Below are positions 57,105 to 64,000 of a stretch of DNA of 64,000 bases, piece by piece. This stretch comes from an uncultured Gammaproteobacteria bacterium. Its GTDB lineage: Bacteria; Myxococcota_A; UBA796; JAJRTE01. Positions within the stretch are counted from its first letter, which is position 1. Every line of letters starts with the position of its first letter. The notes beneath the pieces were generated by a model. That model was not told where the DNA came from. It searched no databases and saw only the letters and a program-made list of their open reading frames with translations. The stretch is taken from assembly GCA_964418585.1 (NCBI GenBank), contig CAYQMG010000045.1, positions 721 through 64,720 on the forward strand, in the 5' to 3' direction. The position numbers and the translations under genes were made by a program.

Positions 57105-60100
57105 TCATGCAGCGGACGGGCTTGAGGGGCCTTCTTCCTCCTTGACCTCGGGTGGCCCGGCTTCGTCCACGGCGATTCCGAGCCGGTGATACTGTGCGAA
57201 CCCCGTTCCGGCGGGGATCAGGCGTCCCATGATCACGTTTTCCTTCAGGCCGCGCAGGAAGTCGATCTTGCCTGCGATAGCGGCCTCGGTGAGCACGCGT
57301 GTGGTCTCCTGGAACGAGGCGGCGGAAATGAAGGAATCCGTGATGAGGGATGCCTTCGTGATACCGAGCAGCAATGGTTCTGCTGTGGCAGGCTGTCCAC
57401 CCTCCCGTCGTACGCGTTCATTCACTTCTTCGAAAACGTGCTTCTCCACCTGCTGGTCGATGAGGAAGTCGGTATCGCCGACATCGGTCACCTTTACGCG
57501 CCGGAGCATCTGGCGGACAATGACCTCAATGTGCTTGTCGTTGATACGGACACCTTGCAGACGATAGACTTCCTGCACCTCGTCGACCAGGTATTTCGCC
57601 AGTTCCTTTTCCCCACGAATGCGCAGGATGTCGTGAGGGTTGGGCGCGCCGTCCATGAGCGGGTCACCGGACTTGACGTAGTCGCCTTCGTTGTAGGCGA
57701 TGTGCTTCCCTTTGGGAATGAGGTATTCTCGAGGCTCTCCCTTGTCCGGAGTCACGATGACCCGACGCTTTCCCTTCAGGTCCTTGCCGAACGAGATACG
57801 TCCGTCGATGTCGCTGACCACTGCGACTTCCTTGGGCTTCCTGGCCTCGAACAGCTCCGCGACGCGCGGGAGACCACCCGTGATGTCCTTGGTCTTGGTG
57901 GTTTCTCGCGGAATCTTTGCCAGTACATCGCCCTGCTGGACTTCATCGCCGTCCTCACAATTGATGATGGATCCGACTGCGAGGAAGTAGCGTCGCTTTT
58001 CGCCCTTGGCGTCCTTGACCACGATACAGGGCCGTGTGTCCGGGTCCCGGTTTTCGATGATGACCTTTCGAGCCATCCGGGTCACCTCGTCGATCTGCTC
58101 CTGCATGGTGGTGCCTTCGATGATGTCCACGAACCGAACGGTCCCGGACACCTCGGTCAGGATGGGCGTGGCAAACGGATCCCAGCGGGCAAGTGTTTGT
58201 TGTGCCTCCACGCGCGCCCCGTCCTCGACGAGCAACTGGGCCCCGTAGGGGATGCCGTATTTCTCGCGCTCCCGCCCGGTTTCGTCCACGATGACCAGCT
58301 CTCCATTGCGGCTCATCACCGTGAGCTGGCCTTCGCGGTTCATTACCGGGTTCAACCCCTGGTAGCGGACCCGCCCCTCGTTCCGAGGGGCCAGCTCGCT
58401 CTGGGCCGCCCGGCCACTCGCCGCACCGCCGATGTGGAACGTGCGCATGGTGAGCTGGGTGCCCGGCTCCCCGATGGACTGAGCGGCAATGACCCCAATG
58501 GCTTCCCCGATATTCACCTTCTTGCCCCGGCCCAGATCCCGACCATAGCACTCGGCACAAACGCCCCGTCGCGAACGGCAGGTCAGCACGGACCGGATCC
58601 GGACCTTCTCCACACCCGCAGCCTCGATGCGCGCAAGGCGCTCCTCGTCAATCTCCACCCCACTTGGAACAATGATCTCTCCGGTCACACGATCGAGCAC
58701 GTCACCCTGGGTGACCCTCCCGAGGATACGCTCGGACATGTGCTCAATGACATCCCCGCCTTCTACCAGCGAGCTGACCTCAATACCGTCATCCGTCCCA
58801 CAATCCCGCTCGGTGATGATACTGTCCTGCACCACGTCCACGAGTCGCCGAGTCAGATACCCGGAGTTCGCAGTCTTGAGGGCCGTGTCCGCCAACCCCT
58901 TGCGTGCACCGTGGGTGGAGGTGAAATACTGCAACACGGTCAGACCTTCGCGGAAATTGGCGGTGATGGGTGTCTCAATGATCTCCCCGGTGGGCTTCGC
59001 CATCAAGCCCCGCATGCCGGCCAACTGCCGGATCTGCTGCATACTTCCTCGAGCCCCGGAATCCACCATCATGTAAATCGGGTTGAAGCTCGGTATGCGC
59101 CGTTCCTTCCCCTCGGAGTCGATGACGACATCGGTGCTGATCTCGTCCATCATTTCCTGGGTGATGTCGTCGGTCACCTTGGCCCAGATGTCGATCACCT
59201 TGTTGTACTTCTCACCGGCGGTGATCACACCTTCATTGTAATGCTCTTCGGTCTCCCGCACCTCGGCATAGGCTCTCTCGAGCAACTCCTGTTTCTTGGA
59301 CGGGATCTTCATGTTGTCGATACAGATCGAAATTCCCGCCTGGGTGGAGAAGTGGAAGCCGAGGTTCATCATCCGGTCTGCAAGCAACACGGTCTTCTTG
59401 GCGCCTGCCGACCGGAAACACTGGTCCATCAACTCGCCGAGTGCGCCCTTGTCCATCGCCCGATTGATCACGGAGAAGGGGATCTCCTCTGGAACAATCT
59501 CGCGGAACAAGGTCCGGCCCACAGTGGTGTCGATTCGCTTGCCGTCCATACGGACCTTGATGGGTGCATGCAGGTCCACCTCGCCTGCTTCGTAAGCGAT
59601 TCGCACCTCGTCCAGGTCGCCGAAGACGCGCCCCTCTCCCTTTACGCCCAACATTTCCCGGGTCATGTAGTAGATACCCAGCACGATGTCCTGGGACGGG
59701 ACGATGATGGGCTTCCCGTTGGCAGGAGAGAGGATGTTGTTGGTGGACATCATCAGTACACGAGCCTCGATCTGAGCCTCGATGGACAGCGGCACATGCA
59801 CTGCCATCTGGTCGCCGTCGAAGTCCGCATTGAAGGCAGCACACACCAGCGGGTGCAGGCGAATGGCCTTTCCCTCGATCATGATTGGCTCGAACGCCTG
59901 AATTCCCAACCGGTGAAGTGTCGGGGCGCGATTGAGCATCACCGGGTGCTCTCGAATCACCTCCTCGAGGATGTCCCACACCTCGGGCCGCTCTTTCTCA
60001 ACCAGCTTCTTGGCTGCCTTGATCGTGGTGACAAATCCCTTCTCCTCGAGCCGGTTGTAGATGAAGGGCTTGAAAAGTTCGAGCGCCATCTTTTTCGGCA

Positions 60101-61205
60101 AACCGCACTGGTGCAGCCTGAGGTTCGGTCCGACCACGATGACGGACCGCCCGGAGTAGTCGACCCGCTTACCCAACAAGTTCTGCCGGAAGCGGCCTTG
60201 CTTGCCCTTGAGCATGTCAGAGAGAGAACGCAACGGCCGCTTGTTGGGACCGGTGAACACCTTCCCTCGCCGCCCGTTGTCGAACAGCGCATCCACCGCC
60301 TCCTGAAGCATTCGCTTCTCGTTCCGGATGATAATCTCCGGTGCGTTCAGTTCCTGCAGTCGGCGGAGACGATTGTTTCGATTGATCACACGCCGATACA
60401 GGTCGTTCAGGTCGGAGGTGGCGAAGCGTCCACCATCGAGTGGCACGAGGGGCCGAAGGTCCGGCGGAATCACCGGAATCACCTCGAGCATCATCCACTC
60501 GGGCCGGTTGGTCGAATCCTTGAACGCTTCCACGATTTTCAGGCGCTTTGCCAGCTTCTTCCGGTTGGCCTCGGAGGTGGCCTCTTTCATCTGCCGCCGA
60601 AGGGTCACGGCGAGGCTGTCGATGTCCAGGCGTGCGAGCATGTCCCGAATGACCTCGCCGCCGAGACCGACCTCGAAGCTGTCATAGCCGTGCTCCTTGC
60701 ACGCTTCCTGGTACTCGTCCTCGGAAAGAACGGCGCCCTCGGTGAGCGGCGTGTCCTTGGGGTCGGTCACAATGTAGGATTCGCAGTAGAGGACCTTCTC
60801 GAGTTCCCGGAGGGGGATGTCGAGCAGGTTGCCGATACGACTGGGCAGACTTCTCAAGAACCAGATGTGCGCCACCGGGGTGGCCAGGTTGATGTGCCCC
60901 AACCGCTCACGCCTGACCTTGGACTGAATGACCTCGACACCACACTTCTCACAGGTGATGCCCCGGTGCTTCATGCGCTTGTACTTGCCGCAATTGCACT
61001 CGTAGTCCTTGACGGGGCCAAAGATCTTGGCGCAGAACAGACCGTCCCGCTCCGGCTTGAACGTTCGATAGTTGATGGTCTCGGGCTTCTTGACCTCTCC
61101 GTGGGATCGCATGCGGATCTTGTCCGGAGATGCCAGCGAAATACGTACTGCACTGTAGTTCAACGGGTCTTTCGGCTTCTCGAACAGGCTGCTGATATCT
61201 TTCAA
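57105..61205 (-). CDS. rpoC: DNA-directed RNA polymerase subunit beta'
   Basis: 1366 aa. Zn-finger [23 protein letters not shown]. Catalytic NADFDGDQM motif. Confidence 0.97.
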   Translation of the reverse strand: MKDISSLFEKPKDPLNYSAVRISLASPDKIRMRSHGEVKKPETINYRTFKPERDGLFCAKIFGPVKDYECNCGKYKRMKHRGITCEKCGVEVIQSKVRRERLGHINLATPVAHIWFLRSLPSRIGNLLDIPLRELEKVLYCESYIVTDPKDTPLTEGAVLSEDEYQEACKEHGYDSFEVGLGGEVIRDMLARLDIDSLAVTLRRQMKEATSEANRKKLAKRLKIVEAFKDSTNRPEWMMLEVIPVIPPDLRPLVPLDGGRFATSDLNDLYRRVINRNNRLRRLQELNAPEIIIRNEKRMLQEAVDALFDNGRRGKVFTGPNKRPLRSLSDMLKGKQGRFRQNLLGKRVDYSGRSVIVVGPNLRLHQCGLPKKMALELFKPFIYNRLEEKGFVTTIKAAKKLVEKERPEVWDILEEVIREHPVMLNRAPTLHRLGIQAFEPIMIEGKAIRLHPLVCAAFNADFDGDQMAVHVPLSIEAQIEARVLMMSTNNILSPANGKPIIVPSQDIVLGIYYMTREMLGVKGEGRVFGDLDEVRIAYEAGEVDLHAPIKVRMDGKRIDTTVGRTLFREIVPEEIPFSVINRAMDKGALGELMDQCFRSAGAKKTVLLADRMMNLGFHFSTQAGISICIDNMKIPSKKQELLERAYAEVRETEEHYNEGVITAGEKYNKVIDIWAKVTDDITQEMMDEISTDVVIDSEGKERRIPSFNPIYMMVDSGARGSMQQIRQLAGMRGLMAKPTGEIIETPITANFREGLTVLQYFTSTHGARKGLADTALKTANSGYLTRRLVDVVQDSIITERDCGTDDGIEVSSLVEGGDVIEHMSERILGRVTQGDVLDRVTGEIIVPSGVEIDEERLARIEAAGVEKVRIRSVLTCRSRRGVCAECYGRDLGRGKKVNIGEAIGVIAAQSIGEPGTQLTMRTFHIGGAASGRAAQSELAPRNEGRVRYQGLNPVMNREGQLTVMSRNGELVIVDETGREREKYGIPYGAQLLVEDGARVEAQQTLARWDPFATPILTEVSGTVRFVDIIEGTTMQEQIDEVTRMARKVIIENRDPDTRPCIVVKDAKGEKRRYFLAVGSIINCEDGDEVQQGDVLAKIPRETTKTKDITGGLPRVAELFEARKPKEVAVVSDIDGRISFGKDLKGKRRVIVTPDKGEPREYLIPKGKHIAYNEGDYVKSGDPLMDGAPNPHDILRIRGEKELAKYLVDEVQEVYRLQGVRINDKHIEVIVRQMLRRVKVTDVGDTDFLIDQQVEKHVFEEVNERVRREGGQPATAEPLLLGITKASLITDSFISAASFQETTRVLTEAAIAGKIDFLRGLKENVIMGRLIPAGTGFAQYHRLGIAVDEAGPPEVKEEEGPSSPSAA

Positions 61206-61265
61206 GGCTGTCTCCCCAATACCGTCTGGACGAAACCACGTCCACAGACCAAAACATTCAAGCGA

Positions 61266-64000
61266 TCAGGTACCGGCTTCTGCCTCCTCTATCAGGTCCA
61301 CGTCCAGAGCCAGACTTTGCAGCTCCTTCACGAGGACGTTGAACGACTCAGGCAACCCAGCCTCCAGTGTATTCTCACCCTTCACGATGGACTCGTACAT
61401 CCGGGTACGCCCCGCCACGTCGTCCGACTTGACGGTCAGGAACTCCTGCAGCCCAAACGCGGCTCCGTAGGCCTCCAGCGCCCAGACTTCCATCTCGCCG
61501 AGCCGTTGCCCGCCAAACTGCGCCTTCCCGCCCAACGGCTGCTGCGTCACAAGCGAGTAGGGCCCGATGGACCGGGCATGAATCTTGTCGTCCACCAGAT
61601 GGTGAAGCTTCAACATGTACATCACGCCCACGGTGACCCGCGAGTCAAACGGCTCACCCGTCCTCCCATCGTACAGGGTGGCCTGCCCGGTAGGATCCAG
61701 GCCCGCCAACTTCAGGAACGTGCGAATCTCACTCTCCTCGGCATGGTCGAATACCGGGGTGGCCACGTGAACGCCGTTGCGAAGCTTGTCGGCAAGCGCG
61801 AACACCTCGTCGTCTCCAGCCTCCTCGAGGAACGATTCCACTTCCTTCGAGCCAGCGTATATCTCCCTCAGCAATTCCCGAACCCGGTCGGCCGACCGGT
61901 AGAGATCCACCAATTCCCCAATCTTGGCACCAAGACCACGTGCAGCCCACCCGAGATGCGTCTCGAGGATCTGACCCACGTTCATCCGAGATGGCACGCC
62001 CAGAGGATTCAACACGATGTCCACCGAACTGCCATCCTCAAGGAACGGCATGTCCTCCTCGGGAAGAACCTTGGAGATCACACCCTTGTTTCCATGACGA
62101 CCAGCCATCTTGTCGCCCACCGACAGCTTGCGCTTGATCGCCACGTAGACCTTCACAAGCTTGATGACCCCTGGCGGCAGCTCGTCTCCACGCTTCAGGC
62201 GCTCTATGCGCTGGTCCGAATTCTCACGAATACGATCCACCTGGTCATTCACCAGTTGGTACAGCTTGTGCACCTCCTCCTCGACCACCTCGTCGCCATC
62301 GATGGCAATCTCTTGCCACTTCTCGAACGGGAGAATCGTCACAATCTCCTCGTTGAACGTCTCCCCCATCCCGATGATGACCTCACCGGTATCATCATCC
62401 ACAATTCGCGTGGCGGAACGCCGCCCCTCGACAAGCTTCTGAAGTTGCCGATAGCCACTGTGGTAAACGGTACGAAGCTGCTCCTCGCAATCGCGCCGGA
62501 TACGGTTGATCTCCTGGTCCTGAATCGCCTTGGCTCGAGCGTCCTTTTCGACGCCTTCCCGGGCGAATACCTGGGCGTGAATCACCGTCCCCTGCACGCC
62601 AGGCGGCACCCGCAATGAGGTATCCCGAACGTCGCCCGCCTTCTCCCCGAAAATGGCCCGCAAAAGCTTCTCCTCGGGCGAAAGCTGAGTCTCCCCCTTC
62701 GGCGTGATCTTGCCCACCAGAATGTCACCGGTCCGCACCTCGGCACCAATACGCACAATGCCGCTGTCGTCCAGATCTTTCAGGGCCTCGTCGCCAACGT
62801 TCGGTATATCCCGGGTGATCTCCTCCTTGCCAAGCTTGGTGTCTCGAGCCGCGACTTCGAAATCCTCAATATGAATGCTCGTAAACACATCGTCCCGCAC
62901 CAGGCGCTCGCTCACCAGGATCGAGTCCTCAAAGTTGTACCCGCCCCACGGCATGAAGGCGACCACCACATTCTGACCCAACGCCAATTCACCAAGCGAA
63001 CTGGAAGGCCCGTCGGCCAACACATCCCCTGCCTCCACCCGGTCCCCGACACGGACCACAGGCTTCTGGTTCAGACAGGTGCTCTGATTGGAACGCCGGA
63101 ACTTGATCAGATTGTAGATATCCACCTCGTTCCCGGGCTCGCCGTCGTCCCCAAAGGTCTTCACCACCAACCGCGTGGCATCCACACTGTCAACAATACC
63201 CGCTCGCCGGGCCAATACCGTGCCACCGGAGTCCCGTGCCACCACCCGCTCGATGCCTGTTCCGACAAAGGGGCTGTTCGCACGAAGCAAGGGCACTGCT
63301 TGACGCTGCATGTTCGAGCCCATCAGTGCTCGGTTGGCGTCGTCATTTTCCAGGAACGGAATCAACGACGCGGCCACGCTCACCAACTGATTCGGGGACA
63401 CGTCCATCAGCGTCACTTCCTCGGGCCGCACCATGGTGGGCTCACCTTTGCGCCGGGCAGAGACGGTTTCCCGGAGAAAACGTCCGTCCGGTCCGACCTC
63501 GGCATTGGCCTGAGCAATGACGTGCTTTTCCTCGTCGAGCGCGGTGTAGTAGTTCACGTCCCGGGTGACCACGCCCTTTTCCACGGTACGGTACGGTGTT
63601 TCGATGAAGCCGTATTCGTTGACACGCGCGTAGGTACTCAAGGAGGCGATCAAGCCGATGTTGGGGCCTTCCGGGGTCTCGATGGGACAGATACGACCGT
63701 AGTGGGTGGCGTGAACGTCGCGAACGTCGAACCCGGCCCGCTCCCGGGTCAACCCACCGGGTCCCAGGGCCGAGAGACGACGCTTGTGTGTGACCTCGGA
63801 CAAGGGATTGGTCTGGTCCATGAACTGGGATAGCTGGCTGGAGCCGAAGAACTCCTTCACGACCGCGGAGACCGGTTTTGCATTGATGAGGTCGTGCGGC
63901 ATCAAGGTCTCGACCTCGGACAGGCTCATCTTTTCCTTGATGGCCCGCTCCATTCGCACCAGCCCGATCCGGTACTGGTTCTCCAGCAGCTCGCCCACGG
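61266..64000 (-). CDS. rpoB: DNA-directed RNA polymerase subunit beta (C-terminal ~910 aa; gene continues beyond window end)
   Basis: Conserved RpoB C-terminal region ([37 protein letters not shown]...). The ORF runs off the window edge. Confidence 0.97.
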   Translation of the reverse strand, partial: VGELLENQYRIGLVRMERAIKEKMSLSEVETLMPHDLINAKPVSAVVKEFFGSSQLSQFMDQTNPLSEVTHKRRLSALGPGGLTRERAGFDVRDVHATHYGRICPIETPEGPNIGLIASLSTYARVNEYGFIETPYRTVEKGVVTRDVNYYTALDEEKHVIAQANAEVGPDGRFLRETVSARRKGEPTMVRPEEVTLMDVSPNQLVSVAASLIPFLENDDANRALMGSNMQRQAVPLLRANSPFVGTGIERVVARDSGGTVLARRAGIVDSVDATRLVVKTFGDDGEPGNEVDIYNLIKFRRSNQSTCLNQKPVVRVGDRVEAGDVLADGPSSSLGELALGQNVVVAFMPWGGYNFEDSILVSERLVRDDVFTSIHIEDFEVAARDTKLGKEEITRDIPNVGDEALKDLDDSGIVRIGAEVRTGDILVGKITPKGETQLSPEEKLLRAIFGEKAGDVRDTSLRVPPGVQGTVIHAQVFAREGVEKDARAKAIQDQEINRIRRDCEEQLRTVYHSGYRQLQKLVEGRRSATRIVDDDTGEVIIGMGETFNEEIVTILPFEKWQEIAIDGDEVVEEEVHKLYQLVNDQVDRIRENSDQRIERLKRGDELPPGVIKLVKVYVAIKRKLSVGDKMAGRHGNKGVISKVLPEEDMPFLEDGSSVDIVLNPLGVPSRMNVGQILETHLGWAARGLGAKIGELVDLYRSADRVRELLREIYAGSKEVESFLEEAGDDEVFALADKLRNGVHVATPVFDHAEESEIRTFLKLAGLDPTGQATLYDGRTGEPFDSRVTVGVMYMLKLHHLVDDKIHARSIGPYSLVTQQPLGGKAQFGGQRLGEMEVWALEAYGAAFGLQEFLTVKSDDVAGRTRMYESIVKGENTLEAGLPESFNVLVKELQSLALDVDLIEEAEAGT

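Noticed and set aside
57186-62618. 1810-aa plus-strand ORF
   Set aside because: It is antisense to rpoC/rpoB, with Gly/His/Leu/Pro/Arg-rich low-complexity translation. This is a typical spurious long ORF in GC-rich DNA opposite a real gene.
1-64000. CRISPR arrays, rRNA/tRNA genes, transposases/integrases
   Set aside because: No repeat-spacer periodicity, no rRNA- or tRNA-like segments, and no transposase or integrase-like ORFs were seen anywhere in the window.

Overview
High-GC (roughly 65-70%) bacterial chromosomal window, densely coding on both strands, with no rRNA, tRNA, CRISPR array or obvious mobile element. The gene content (Oar-like TonB-dependent outer-membrane protein, a very large Ser/Thr kinase with a STAND ATPase and TPR repeats, many lipoproteins with LxxC lipoboxes, an orphan NtrC-type activator, KhpA-like KH proteins) is most consistent with a Myxococcota-like genome. 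This is my inference; no database search was possible.

Left to right:
- an acyl-CoA dehydrogenase;
- a TetR-regulated SulP (SLC26) anion transporter with an unusual internal coiled-coil insertion;
- a compact five-gene signalling operon (cytidylate-kinase-like/BON/receiver fusion, Cache histidine kinase, receiver, soluble HK-like protein, receiver) immediately upstream of a Kup K+ transporter;
- a tandem-KH protein, a metallophosphoesterase, rluB-scpB (without scpA) and a sigma-54 activator;
- a Kelch-repeat lipoprotein;
- two paralogous Cys-rich lipoproteins divergently paired with a radical-SAM/SPASM gene that appears frameshifted, followed by a TonB-C protein and the large Ser/Thr kinase;
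- an operon of a double radical-SAM/SPASM fusion protein plus a glycosyltransferase carrying a roughly 250-aa coiled coil;
- two lipoproteins, a TrmJ-like methyltransferase and two tandem GCS2/YbdK carboxylate-amine ligase paralogs;
- an atypical Hsp70 with a long K/P/A/E-rich tail.

The most unusual locus is a tightly coupled minus-strand operon: Memo-like protein, Zn-alcohol dehydrogenase, FOUR tandem paralogous BMC vertex (EutN/CcmL/PduN, BMC-P) genes, an ACT (UPF0237) protein and a UPF0210/DUF711 protein. No BMC-H or BMC-T shell gene is present in the 64 kb.

The right end carries an Oar-like TonB-dependent receptor with phased direct repeats upstream, a thrombospondin-type-3-like Ca-binding repeat lipoprotein, a LOG-family protein, and rpsG-rpsL-rpoC-rpoB, with rpoB running off the window end.

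CDS coordinates include the stop codon. Starts were chosen by homology logic and nearby Shine-Dalgarno-like motifs and are approximate.
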